Below are positions 1 through 13,120 of a stretch of 64,000 bases of DNA, one piece after another. The DNA comes from Octopus vulgaris. Its lineage: Eukaryota. The DNA is taken from positions 57,970,001 to 58,034,000 of the forward strand of contig OX597823.1 in NCBI GenBank assembly GCA_951406725.2, given 5' to 3'. Below the pieces are notes generated by a model. That model was not told the origin of the DNA. It ran no database searches and saw only the letters and a list, made by a program, of their open reading frames with translations. The stretch's first letter is position 1, and every line of letters starts with the position of its first letter. A program made the translations under genes and the position numbers.

Positions 1-360
1 TTTTTATGTTTTCGTTTCTGATTGTGTTCAAAGTTCTTTTGATGTCCTATACCGATATATGCTTGTATATATACATATATATGTAGGTATGTACATATAT
101 GTATATATCCATATATTAAAATATTATTTATATTGTGTATATATATATATATACATATGTATATATATGTGTGAGCAGGTGTCTTCATGGTTGCGTTTGT
201 GAACCGTCAGGGCTTGATAATAAATACTAGGGTCGATTTCATCGATCAAACACTTCTAGACGGTGCCTTAGTATGACCATGGTCCAATGACTAAAACAAG
301 CAAAAGATTAAAGATAAAAAGTAGAAAATAAGGAGGGCCAGCAGAACAACAGCAACAAGA

Positions 361-866
361 GTGGAGGCACAATGGCCCAGTGGTAGGGCAGCGGACTCGC
401 GGTCGTAAGAACGCGGTTTCGATTCCCGGTCCGGGCAGTGAGTGTTTATTGAGCAAAACACCTTAGCTCCACGAATCTCCGGCGGAGGGTGGTGGTGAAC
501 TTCGCTGTACTTTTTCACCACAACTTTCTCTCACTCTTTCTTCTTACTTCTGCCACAAAGCAGAGGAACCATGGTGTGGCAAACTTTCAGACCCTAGTCT
601 AGATTGCGAATCCTCTGTACCCCAGGATGGTTCAGCCCTCCACCCGTTAAAAGCCACTGTTTATGGAATGAGCATAACAATGTAGCTTTCGCGCCCGTGC
701 AGCCACCAGTCAATCGCGTATGGTGGGTGGATCTTCAAGTTGCCACACGCATTCTTAGTAGCTTAGAGTAGGCTAGAAGAAGAAGAAGAAGAAGAAGAAG
801 AAGAAGAAGAAGAAGAAGAAGAAGAAGAAGAAGAAGAAGAAGAAGAAGAAGAAGAAGAAGAAGAAG
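361..866 (+). mobile_element. tRNA-derived SINE (head/body type A) with ~230 bp unique tail and (GAA)n end
   Basis: A-box TGGCCCAGTGG, B-box GGTTTCGATTCC; body shared with 4371-4660(-) and 60359-60664(+); candidate low-complexity TSD ACAGCAACAAGA at 349-360 and 867-878. Confidence 0.75.
776..866. repeat. (GAA)n microsatellite
   Basis: Pure trinucleotide run. Confidence 0.98.
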
Positions 867-1256
867 ACAGCAACAAGAAGAACAGCAACAATAATAATGC
901 ATACACTAAACTTTTGAATGTGTGATAATCATATTTGCCAAAACATTCAAAGAATTACAGAAAGGGTGCAAAAATTAAACCAGGTCGACCCCCCCCCAAC
1001 TAGCATGTAAACCTAAATTAGTCGTTAGGTGTGACTGGATGACGGTTCACGCGAAAAGAGTGAAGTCAATGGGGTTGATTTTAATTAGCTGTTTTTCTTG
1101 GGGAGTTTTAAATGGAGTAATATAATGAGTTCAGTCAGACAAGCGACGAAAAATGTTTATTTATTGGTCTGGTCCAGATTTTATTTAACTGTAAATACGC
1201 TGTGCATGCAAAAGTATTTCGCAAACATAGCTACAAACACACACAGATATGTTTGC

Positions 1257-1302
<46 letters not shown>

Positions 1303-1458
1303 GCAAAGACCAACACACACACACAAACAAACACTCATACGTGTATGTGCGTGTTTGTGTGTTATGTGTGTGTATATAAATATATATTTGTGTATGTATT
1401 ATGTATATATATATATATATATATCAATATGTAGATACATATATATATACATATATAT

Positions 1459-1520
<62 letters not shown>

Positions 1521-2212
1521 ACACACACACATATATAATATAATATAATATATATATGTATACATGGATGCGTGTGTATGTGTGTGTGTATGTATGTAGG
1601 TTTGTATGTATGTGTATATGTGTGTATATATGAATGCAACGAACACATACATAGTAGCTGATTGGAATAATCAGCTAGAATTAACAACCATTTACAATTT
1701 TGGAGTAGTTTGAACCATTTCGATTACATGATCACAATTTGTTTTGTTTAGTGTTTTTCAATTTAATCTGTCAAGATAATTGAGGTTCTTCAATGTCTAC
1801 TAAGAAGAAAAAAACAACAACAACAACAACAATAATAATAATAATAGTGAAAAAAAAAACAACAACAACAAAATTTTAAATAAACATATAAATAAATAGA
1901 TGAGTAGATAAATAAATAAATAGATAAATAGATAAACCACCTCTCCCACTTAGAAAAAAAGAAGAAAAACGTCGATCATTCTTTAGGTTTGGTTACGTTT
2001 GTTTATTTGTCTCCACTTCTCTCTCTCTCTCTCTCTCACTCTCTTTCATTCACTCACTCACTCACTCACACATTCACCAACTCTCTCGCCCCCCCTCTTT
2101 CCTGCTTCTGCATCGATTTAAAGAATTGTTGAAAAATAAAACATCCAAAGTATGAAAACAACAAGCAAATCAACGATCAATGTAATTGAATCGTGCACGC
2201 ATACACATGTGC

Positions 2213-2319
<107 letters not shown>

Positions 2320-2369
2320 AATATATATATATATATATATATATTTATGTATATATATGTATATGCATA

Positions 2370-2406
<37 letters not shown>

Positions 2407-2411
2407 GGGTG

Positions 2412-2456
<45 letters not shown>

Positions 2457-2513
2457 ATATATGCATCTATCACGCTATCGATCTATCTATCTATCTATCT
2501 ATCTATATATATA

Positions 2514-2565
<52 letters not shown>

Positions 2566-2567
<2 letters not shown>

Positions 2568-2776
2568 CTCTTTACTCTTTACTCTTTTACTTGTTTCAGT
2601 CATTTGACTGCGGCCATGCTGGAGCACCACCTTTAGTCGAGCAAATCGACCCCGGGTCTTATTCGTTGTACTTATTCCATCGGTCTATTTTGCCGAACCG
2701 CTAAGTGACGGGGACGTAAACACACCAGCATCGGTTGTCAAGCAATGTTAGGGGGACAAACACACACATACACATA

Positions 2777-2815
<39 letters not shown>

Positions 2816-2980
2816 GACAGGCTTCTTTCAGTTTCCGTCTACCAAATCCACTCACAAGGCATTGGTCGTCCCGGGGCTATAGCAGAAGACACTTGCCCAA
2901 GATGCCATGCAGTGGGACTGAACCAGGAACCATGTGGTTGGTTAGCAAGCTACTTACCACACAGCCATTCCTGCGCCTAT
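2566..2980 (-). mobile_element. Near full-length tRNA-derived SINE (type C) with internal (CA)/(TA) microsatellite
   Basis: Minus strand reads AGGCGCAGGAATGGCTGTGTGGTAAG...GGTTCAGTCCC (A/B boxes), then CTTGGGCAAGTGTCTT (CORE-like), a microsatellite, a 3' half and an (AGAGTAA)n tail; many partial copies in window. Confidence 0.85.
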
Positions 2981-2985
2981 ATATC

Positions 2986-3185
2986 TTTGTGTGTTTGCCT
3001 CTGTTTCTCCATCACCACTTGACAACCGGTGTCGATTTGTTTCTTTTTCTGTAGATTTGCAGTTCGCAAAAATAGAAGTACCGTTTGCAGAAAATTCTTA
3101 CAAGTGTCGATTCGTTCATCCGAGACCCTTGAAAGCGGCACCCCAGCATGGCTGGAATGCAATGACAAACAAATAACGAATAAAA
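2986..3185 (+). mobile_element. Type C SINE 3' half, degenerate
   Basis: Homologous to reverse complement of 2566-2760 (cttgacaaccggtg...ccccagcatggc...atgac). Confidence 0.7.
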
Positions 3186-3359
3186 CATACATGCATATCC
3201 TATACATAGATACATAATGCTTGTGTATCTCTCTCTCTCTCTCTCCCTCTCTCTCTATCCATCCATCTATCTATCTCTCTATCTGTCTGTCTGTCTGTCT
3301 GTCTGTCAGTCTATCTGTCTGTCTGTCTGCCTGTCTATCTGTCAATATACAAACGTATA

Positions 3360-3565
3360 TTCTTTTATTCTTTTAGTTGTTTCAGTTATTGTGTCTGTAG
3401 CCATGGTGGAGCACTCCCATTTAATCGGAAAAATCGACCCCTGAACTTGCTGTTTGTTAGCTTGGTACCTATTTTATCGAGCCCATGTTGCCGAACCGCT
3501 TTGATATGGGAAAGTAAATACACCAACATTGGTTGTTAAACGACGGTGGGGGGGGACAAACACAG
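3360..3565 (-). mobile_element. Type C SINE 3' half
   Basis: Co-linear with 2580-2765 (gtttcagt...ggagcac...aatcgacccc...gccgaaccgct...gggggacaaacac). Confidence 0.8.
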
Positions 3566-3592
3566 ATTAAAAACATACAAATATATATATAT

Positions 3593-3785
3593 AGGGAGAG
3601 TTTACGGAAAAAAAACAAAAGACGAAGACACGTGGTGTACAAAACAAACGGATGTATTATTTTAGCGCTCAGGAATAGAAAAAAGTGTTTTACGTTTCGA
3701 GCCTACGCTCTTCTACAGAAAGGGACACAGGAAAAACAAGGAGAGAAAAAAAAAAGTCTATAGTGGCTAACGATCTATCATGGCG
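3593..3785 (-). mobile_element. Short PLE-pLTR-like repeat with variant hammerhead (3687-3722)
   Basis: Minus: CTTT CTGTAGA A GAGC-GTAG-GCTC GAAA CG TA AAAC; homologous to 57850-58010 and 58240-58420, related to 54308-54520; abuts (TA)n. Confidence 0.65.
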
Positions 3786-4048
3786 TCTTGCAACCTTTTC
3801 AATAGTTTTGACTCTGTCCGTTATTCACACTGCATTCCTTTTTGTTTGTTTGTGCGCATGTGTAGGGGTTAATGTGTGTGTGTGTGCCTACACATGCATG
3901 TATATATGTATGCATGTGTGTATGTTTGTATGTGTGCGTGCATATGTATATAAGTACGTAAGTGTGTATATTTGTATGTATGTATGCTGCATATTCTTGT
4001 GTTTTAGTGTCTGTGTTTGTGCTTTATGTATGTTTGTGTATGTGTGTG

Positions 4049-4079
<31 letters not shown>

Positions 4080-4102
4080 GCATACAAACACACATTTATA
4101 TA

Positions 4103-4266
4103 TAGGTGCAGGCACGGGTGTGTAATAAGCTTGCTTCTCAACTATATAATTCTAGTTTCAGTGCCACTGTTTGACACCTTACGCAGGTGTATTCTACTAT
4201 AGCTTCGGGTTGACCAAAACCTTGTGAGTGGATTCGGTAGACAGAAACTGAATGAACCCCGTCGTA
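4103..4266 (+). mobile_element. Type C SINE 5' half
   Basis: Homologous to reverse complement of 2813-2980; followed by (TA)n as in the full copy. Confidence 0.75.
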
Positions 4267-4270
4267 TATA

Positions 4271-4338
<68 letters not shown>

Positions 4339-4370
4339 TACATATATATATGTGTATATATATATATATA

Positions 4371-4660
4371 TCGTAGCACTCCGTCGGTTACTATGTGGAG
4401 AGTTCCAGTGTACACTTAACGTGGTTCTCGAGGAGATTCAGCGTGACATAGAGTATGACAAGTCCGGCTCTTTGAAATACAGGTACAACAGAAACAGGAA
4501 GATGAGAGAAAGATGTGGTGAAAGAGCACAGCAGGGGTGGCCACCACCCACTGCTGGAGCCTCGAGGAGTTTTTACTCAATAAACACCCACAACGCCCGG
4601 TCTGGGAATCGAAACCGCGATCCTATGACCACGATTCCGCTGCTCTAACCACTGGGCCAT
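4371..4660 (-). mobile_element. tRNA-derived SINE (head/body type A)
   Basis: Minus: ATGGCCCAGTGGTTAGAGCAGCGGA...GGTTTCGATTCCCAGACCGGGCG; same head and body as 361-545, different tail. Confidence 0.85.
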
Positions 4661-4666
4661 GACGAT

Positions 4667-4711
<45 letters not shown>

Positions 4712-4765
4712 TAATAGACTCGAGGCATGGTTATTATCGCTTCGTGCCTATATGCTAGTCCTTGG

Positions 4766-4849
4766 CTTTCTGCTGAAGAGGCAACGCCAGTCGTAAATAA
4801 ATTTATTTTATTTACAAAAGATTGCCGAAACTATGCATAGTCCAGAAAG
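4766..4849 (+). ncRNA. Canonical type I hammerhead ribozyme
   Basis: Helix I CTTTCTG/CAGAAAG; core CTGAAGA (4773-4779); helix II GGCAA/TTGCC; GAAA (4827-4830); palindromic helix III ACTATGCATAGT; GUC cleavage triplet ending at C4842. Confidence 0.85.
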
Positions 4850-5194
4850 GATAGGGTAAACGTTTTTATTTCTCTTTCCATTTCAGAATTACAACTATTA
4901 GTGGTTTGGAGTTTAACTGCTCATTCTAGTGAGTCGGATGTCCTATTATGGCCAGCCCTTATATGTTTGTTTGTATGTATATATATACATATATATATAT
5001 ATACACACACAGAAAGACACACACAGAAAGACGCACATATGTATGGTTTGGGTTGCATGCCTTGCATCCTTACTTTGTAAAAAAACACCTGCCAATGAAG
5101 ATTAGGAAGGGTTATTTATTTATGAGTGTTAAAATTCCACATAAATATTTTCGGTGTTTATGCCTTCTTCTGATTTCTAGTTAAAAGAGTAAAG

Positions 5195-5480
5195 ATCCCA
5201 TTACGTCATGAGTAACTATGGGCACAAATCCGGGCAAGGTTCTTTATGGAAGGCCAGCAGTCGCCCATGCATACCAGTCTCTCCTCTCCACACCACTGTT
5301 GTTATCTAAGGGAAAAACAAAAGCCGATACAGCTTGGCACCAGTGACGTCACAACTCATTTCTACAGCTGAGTGAACTGGAGCAACTTGAGATAAAGTGT
5401 CTTGCTCAAGAACACAATACACAGCCCAGTCCGGGAATCGAACTCACAACCTCATGATTAGGTTCTAACTACTAAGCCAT
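5195..5480 (-). mobile_element. tRNA-derived SINE (body type B)
   Basis: Minus: ATGGCTTAGTAGTTAG...GAGTTCGATTCCCGG, then TTGTGTTCTTGAGCAAGACACTT; 3' part matches 41316-41535. Confidence 0.8.
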
Positions 5481-6564
5481 TAGGTGACAGGTATATGTCA
5501 CCTAATGGATACGATAAATTTTATAAAGTGTAGCATTGGCATGTAGTGCGGTGCATATTTTCAAATACTAAGCAAATAAAGAAAACATTGAGTAAAGTAA
5601 GATATTTCCAGAAAAATAACGAAGTGCTCGCCACAGAAACGAAGAAAAGAGTTGCAAATAATCAGATCAATACGTGTTTTATCCATTTCGAGATATCTTC
5701 AACATATAAAGCTGCTTCTTCCTCTTTTTTTCTTTTTTTCTTTCGCTACCAGCCAGTTTCTTCAATAGCTACAAATCTAAACTTGTCGCTACAATTGAAA
5801 TTATAGATTTTTAGTGTTAGACATTATTATATATAGTTACCATATAAATGAAACAATAAAATTATATAGAAACTAAACACCAGCCTATCGATATGTATTC
5901 TCAGTAATACTTATACATGGGGAGAGAAATCACTAATAAAAGACAGCAGAATAAAACGATTCATATCAAACATCGAAAACGAAAGAATTTCTCTGCGTCA
6001 TGTTTTATTTTTTATTCTCGAAAATTAAGAGTCATTTCGGCTTCTACCAAAGAAGTTATCTCGTAAAATACCAAAAGACAATCCCAGTTTCATCACATGT
6101 TATCTTCGCAATTTTACGTCTTAATAGCATGTTATTTCCTCGATGGGTTTGAATAAAAATTTCTGACTGTTCTTATTCCAAGTAACGTTCATGAATCTTC
6201 TAAGAAAAACACATGCCAACAAAATCCCTTTATAGCTGTAGATTTCTCTCTCTCCTTATTAATAATATCCATCTAAAGGAAATAATATAAGTTATTTTGG
6301 TTGTCCGTAACTCGATTTTCACTTTCTCTCGGGAGATTCTAACCGATTAATGTGACTGTGATTGTTCCCAAGTGTAAGTGTAAAAGTGATTCTAGCCGTG
6401 GCAGAGAATCACTTCAAATACGTTTATCAGATATACTTGTAGCGGGGGGGGGGGGGAGAGCGTTGAGAAGAAAAAGCAAACCGTGTTAAGTTGCTACTAT
6501 ATAAGAGTTCGTATATATGTGTGTGTATACGTGTATGTGTGCGTATGTGTCGGTCTCGGTGCCG

Positions 6565-6612
<48 letters not shown>

Positions 6613-6873
6613 ATGTATATATCTTTGAGTGTGTGTGTATGTATATGTCTGTGAATGGTGTTTGCACAGGTGCATGCATGTGCTTTGTGTTTCGCGTCTG
6701 TGCGTACGTATCTATGTGTGTATTTGTGTATGTGCATTTCTGGGTCTTTTGCTTGCCTTCTGTGTGCGCATGAATCTTTGCGCTCGAATGCACGTGACGT
6801 TTGTCTGCGCTCTGTTTACACACACACACATACACAAACTCAACCACAAGTATAAAGACACGCGCGCACACAT

Positions 6874-6937
<64 letters not shown>

Positions 6938-7557
6938 GTATGTATATATATATATATATGTATATATATATGTATGTATTTATGTATACGTATATATATA
7001 GTTATTTATGGAGACACACACATCTATGTATTAGTTATGCTAACACATACACACATTCACACATATGCACACACATTTCCAAGTCACTGAACAACACTTA
7101 CCTAGTTCTTCAGCGGAACTACTACAAGTTGGTACTGAATTGTGCATATTATCCAAAACTTTCCATTACGGATCTTCTTCGAGTTATCTTTCTTTCCTGT
7201 TCCTTAGACTACAGATACTCCAAGAAGAAGTCTTTTTGCCTCTATTGTATATATAATCCCAGTTGACCATGGGTTTTCAATTTGGTGTCTTAACATTTGT
7301 GACCCTACAGTAATCGTAGTTAATTGACAGAAAACTCTCTTCTGGCATAGTCTTTTAAACTCAAGAATGATCGTAGGTCAGAATTAATATTCTCATTTGG
7401 ATGAGAACAATGATAAGGATCCAAGCCTAATTATTCCGCCATCTTTAAAAGTTCATAGTGTAAAATTTCATAGTGTACACATTACTTATCAATGTCTACA
7501 AGATATGTAACTGTAGCAGATATATTCAATGTGGGAAAATAACTTGCTTCCCAGCTG

Positions 7558-7663
7558 CACAGTAGCTATAGTAGGAGGCATTTGCCCAAGGTGCCACGCG
7601 GTGAGACTGAACCCGGAACCATGTAGTTGGGAAGCAAACTTCTTACCACACAGCCACTCCTGC
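7558..7663 (-). mobile_element. Type C SINE head
   Basis: ttgcccaaggtgccacgcggtgagactgaacccggaaccatgt...cttaccacacagccactcctgc matches 2890-2975. Confidence 0.85.
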
Positions 7664-7668
7664 AAACA

Positions 7669-7723
<55 letters not shown>

Positions 7724-7991
7724 ATATATAATGCATTGTTCTGTTATTGTGCTCAACCTCATTTACTCTATTCGTTCAGTGGTAAATATTCATTCATGCA
7801 CACGGGATATAATTTCGGGCTACGATTAGTGTCATTCGTGTCCGACCATCATATTTTCACAGCATGAAACTTTGAGTAGCTCGAATCTAAACTTTGCGTC
7901 TATTAAATGGCATATATGTAACATAGTTAATGCATATTCATCAGTAACAAGTCAATTATTGCGGTTTTCATCAGTGGTAATATCTCCCATG

Positions 7992-8220
7992 AAGGCGGCG
8001 AGAATCTTTAGCACGCCGGGCGAAATGCTTAGCGGTATTTCGTCTGCCGTTACGTTCTGACTTCAAATTCCGCCGAGGTTGACTTTGCCTTTCATCCTTT
8101 CGGGGTCGATAAATTAAGTACCAGTTACGCAGTGGGGTCGATGTAATCGACTTAATCCGTTTGTCTGTCCTTGTTTGTCTCCTCTATGTTTAGTCCCTTG
8201 TGGGTAATAAAGAAATAAGT
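7992..8220 (+). mobile_element. tRNA-derived SINE (type D) with conserved central domain
   Basis: aaggcggcgag...TTCAAATTCCGCCGAGG, central GCCTTTCATCCTTTCGGGGTCGATAAATTAAGTACC resembling a widespread metazoan SINE central domain (Meta/Nin type, assignment unverified); more than ten copies in window. Confidence 0.85.
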
Positions 8221-8910
8221 AATATCTCCAATGTATATAATATTTGAAAGATACAGTATGAATCGCTTGAGCATTAAAAAAAATGTCTTGCGATATTTAT
8301 TCTGAGTCACTACGTTCTGAGTTCGAATGCTGCCAACGTGATATTTGCTGCTCAACTTTTCGGAGTCGGTTAAATCTATTGATTCTGTTAATCTGCTTAC
8401 ATTAGTTAAAATTAATATCACTGCATCTTTGGCAAATTCCTACGAAAGAAAATATTTTCCCTAGGTAATTAGCTCCTATCGTAAAACCGAGTCCCCCTCC
8501 CCGACTATTTTTGTTTGTTTACTTTACATGATCTTGTTGGTGTATTGTTTTACATCAGTACATAAAGATCGTATTGCAAGTAGAAGATGTCAATTTTCGA
8601 CTCAGAAATTACTAGTGTATTTTATATAAAATATAAAATCGGTATAACAGTCAATTCAGACGGCAAAATCTGGCAAGTTAATAAATATAAAGCAATGAAA
8701 TTTTAGTAGATTTAGAAGAAAATATGGAATATAAAATCCACCAGCTTCACTTTCACGTGCTGATTAGATGTTATAACAAAATTCCAACAGATACCGTATT
8801 TGTCAAATAATATCGGGGATATTGAACCATAAAATATTTGTTGAAATGTTGACTTAAATTAAAGATGGCCTTTCCCCACCACCCACGCCAGTAAGAGAAG
8901 CAGGAGCAGT

Positions 8911-8944
<34 letters not shown>

Positions 8945-8999
8945 GCAACAGGAATAACAACAACAACAACAACAACAACAACAAAATAATAATAGTAAC

Positions 9000-9385
9000 A
9001 ATCCTTTCTACTAAAGGCAAAAGGCCTGAAATTATAGGGGAGAGGACTAGTAGATTACATCGACCCCACTGATACTTAATTTATCGACACCGAAAGGATG
9101 AAAGGCAAAATCGACCTCGGCAGAAATGAATTCAGAATGTAAGGACAGGCGAAATACCTATTTCTTTACTACCTACAAGGGGCTAAACACAGAGAGAACA
9201 AACAAGGACAGACAAACGGATTAAGTCGATTATATCGACCCCAGTGCGTAACCGGTACTTATTTAATCGACCCCGAAAGGATGAAAGGCAAAGTCGACCT
9301 CGGTGGAATTTTGAACTCAGAACGTAGCGGCAGACGAAATATCGCTTAACATTTCGTCCGATGTGCTAACGATTCTGCCAGAACT
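9000..9385 (-). mobile_element. Type D SINE dimer
   Basis: Two central domains (9070-9120, 9255-9305) joined at GAAATACCTATTTC (~9151). Confidence 0.85.
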
Positions 9386-9446
9386 TGGTGCTTTAATAAT
9401 AACAACAACAACGACGACGACGACAACAATAACAGCAACAATAATG

Positions 9447-9505
<59 letters not shown>

Positions 9506-10160
9506 CTACCATGCAGACGTTCTCCACAATGATGCTGATCCGAAACTGCAGATTATGTGATAACGGTATTGGAACCATCGACCACTTAGCGGTCGGCTGC
9601 TCTAAGCTCGCAATAACTGAACACAAAACTAGACATGACCAAATAGGGCAGTACCTATACCTTCCTAAAAACTGGTATGCACCCCACCCGAATCCTGTGA
9701 CAGTAGATATTAGAGAGACTGTTCTGTGACATTTTACCATCCATACTGGCAGATAGATAAATGACAATAGACCTGATGTTATTATCGAAGATTATCAACA
9801 AAATGCTTCCTATCTATAATAGACATGACAGTACCAACTGATCCAAGTATCTCAGTCACAGAATTTCAAAAGTCAGCTAGATATAGGGACCTAGGAATAG
9901 AAATCAGCAGAATTTGGGAACTGAAAGCAGTTACTCATCTGGTAGTAGTAGAAGCACTAGGAATGGTTGAAAAGGGTCTTATCTACATTGATAAAATCTC
10001 CAGAAAATCAAATATACACGTATCCAAAATATTGCGCTAATCTCCATAGGTCATCTCTTGAGAAAGTTCATAGTGTAACGTAGTTACTAGCCTTAGGTGC
10101 TACGTAGAGACTCAGCCAGTAACTAAAATGCTCCGAATTCAAGCTAAAGTATAAAATATA
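9506..10160 (+). mobile_element. R4/Dong-type non-LTR retrotransposon 3' fragment (pseudogenised)
   Basis: CCHC finger CRLC...TIDHLAVGC, RHD, NRPDVII restriction-like endonuclease motif, RYRDLGIEISRIWELK; frameshifts; begins directly after (TAA)n. Confidence 0.9.
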
Positions 10161-10666
10161 ACACCACTCAAAAGTAACAATATCAATTCCATTCCAAAAA
10201 TCACTTTTATTACGAGTCACAGCATCATCAACATTAAATCATAGCCAGCACCATCAGTCTCATATTCATCACTATCATCATCACTAAGACTACCATCACC
10301 ATCCAAACCGCCTCCGGTGCCCCCATTATAACCACAATGATCTCCACCACAAAAAAATCAACCCCTTCAACTCTACCACATTTCACCAACAACAACACCA
10401 CTTCCACCGACAGCACCACCTCCGCCAGCAACACCACTTCCACCACATCTCCAACACACCTGTACTACCATACCATACCCCCCACCGAAGAACAACACCA
10501 ACACCATCACCACCAACAACTACTGAAAGTAACTATCGGTTACATTTTAAATCGTTATGGTTTTTTTTTAATATACTCATTTCATACTTATCTGTTTTAT
10601 TATCCTATACGATGTCTTCTCATCGTAATTTGTATCATCATGACAGCTACGATAATAGCAACACCA

Positions 10667-10668
10667 AC

Positions 10669-10721
<53 letters not shown>

Positions 10722-10850
10722 AGGTGGTGGTGGTGGTGGTGGTGGTGGTAGTGGTGGTGGTGGTAGTGGTAGTGGTGGTGGTGGAGGTAGTAGTAGTAAT
10801 AGTAGTAGTAGTAGTAGTGGTAGTAGTAGCAGTAGCAGCCGTAGCAGCAA
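10667..10850. repeat. Compound (GTA)n/(GGT)n microsatellite
   Basis: Direct reading; source of the poly-V/S/G ORFs. Confidence 0.95.
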
Positions 10851-11002
10851 TGGGAAGCAGGGGTGGCTAAAGCAGCAGTTGGGATATTTGAACGTGGATA
10901 TTTGTTGTCAATGTTTATGTATCGTATCCTCACAATATATATATATATATATATATACATATATAACTATATGTATATGATGTGTATGTATATGTGCTTG
11001 TG

Positions 11003-11060
<58 letters not shown>

Positions 11061-11331
11061 CATGTATCTATTTATGTATATACTATTATTTTCCCGATTG
11101 TTTCCAAAGACCATTGCCTAGAGATTTGATGGATAATGACAGCAGGAAATTATCAACTCCAGACGTTTATCTCTCTTTCTCTTCCTCTCTCTCTCTCTCT
11201 CTTTCGCTTTCTGTCTTTCTTTTGTCTTCTTTCTTTCTCTTTTTGAATGTCTCTCTGCCTGTCTGTCTGTCTATGTATGTATGTATATATGTATGTATAA
11301 AGTATCATATAAATATAAATATATATCATAC

Positions 11332-11398
<67 letters not shown>

Positions 11399-11403
11399 TA
11401 TAT

Positions 11404-11470
<67 letters not shown>

Positions 11471-11913
11471 CATACATACATATATATACATTTTGCTCTC
11501 TGATCTCTCTCAGGCTCTATATGTCCCTTCTCTCTCTCTCTCTCTCTCTCATCTCTACAAGGAGTGTGTATTACTGTATGTCTTTACGAACGTATATAAC
11601 TGATATTGGTGTTAGTGTTATGAGAAATACAGTCGTAGAACAAAGACGAAGAGGAAACGAAGAGAGAGGTGGTGGGCGTACACGACTAGAAGTGTGATGA
11701 CTTATATGAGAGATAGAAGTAAAAATAAGAAAGGAAGGGAGGAAATGAGACAGAGAAGCGTATGACAAATATACCACCCACCCCCTCTCACACATATATA
11801 CACTCGTTATTGATGTATCTATTATTACTACTGAATGATGCTGCATTAATTTCAAGGGAATCTTGGACATCAGAGATAAGTTTCTGAAGTTCATCACGAT
11901 TCCGTTGGAAGGA

Positions 11914-12582
<669 letters not shown>

Positions 12583-12607
12583 AATAATAATAATAATAAT
12601 AATAATA

Positions 12608-12743
12608 TAGGCACTGCACACATCCTACGCAGAACACTTTCCATACAATAACCATCAGAGCATCACAACAAATCACAGCACATACCCAAGGCACACAGCT
12701 GCGCTCGGTAGTGAAGTGAAAGCACACTATAAAAGTAAAACTA

Positions 12744-12746
<3 letters not shown>
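12608..12746 (+). mobile_element. R4/Dong extreme 3' end
   Basis: GTAHILRRTLSIQ* matches C-termini at 40790 (GTTHVLRRALL) and 42355 (GTAHIQRKILST); 3' UTR hairpin; (TAA)n on both sides. Confidence 0.8.
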
Positions 12747-12804
<58 letters not shown>

Positions 12805-12894
12805 TCACTACTACCGCTGCTACTACTACTGTTGCGGCAGTTGCTGCTGCTGATACTGTTACTTGTATGGCGCTTGCTGATCGTAGTGTTATTG

Positions 12895-13120
12895 GGTTTG
12901 CGAAAATCTCCATAGTCCTGGGCAAATGTGTTCTCGACAAACAGTACTACGTACGCAACTTCGTACCTGGTTTCAGTAGGACACTGATCAATTTGGATTT
13001 TTCGAAAGCATTTGATCGGGTCGGCCGTCATTTTTTCGCGGATATTCTCAGTGCATCTACTATCGGTCACGTTTTCACAGACGGCATCTCTTCAATGCGT
13101 AGCAGCATTTGCCAAGTGAC
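12895..13120 (+). pseudogene. Non-LTR reverse transcriptase fragment, L1/Tx1-like
   Basis: LINLDFSKAFDRVGRHFFADIL matches the RT motif LDxxKAFDRV. Confidence 0.65.

Noticed and set aside
361-437. Possible tRNA genes (also 44955-45028 and 60359-60435)
   Set aside because: Acceptor stems do not pair, there is no oligo-T terminator, and each continues into a repeat body, so these are SINE heads.
956-1193. Possible Tc1/mariner MITE (TA|CAG...CTG|TA)
   Set aside because: The inverted match beyond five bases is too weak to support.
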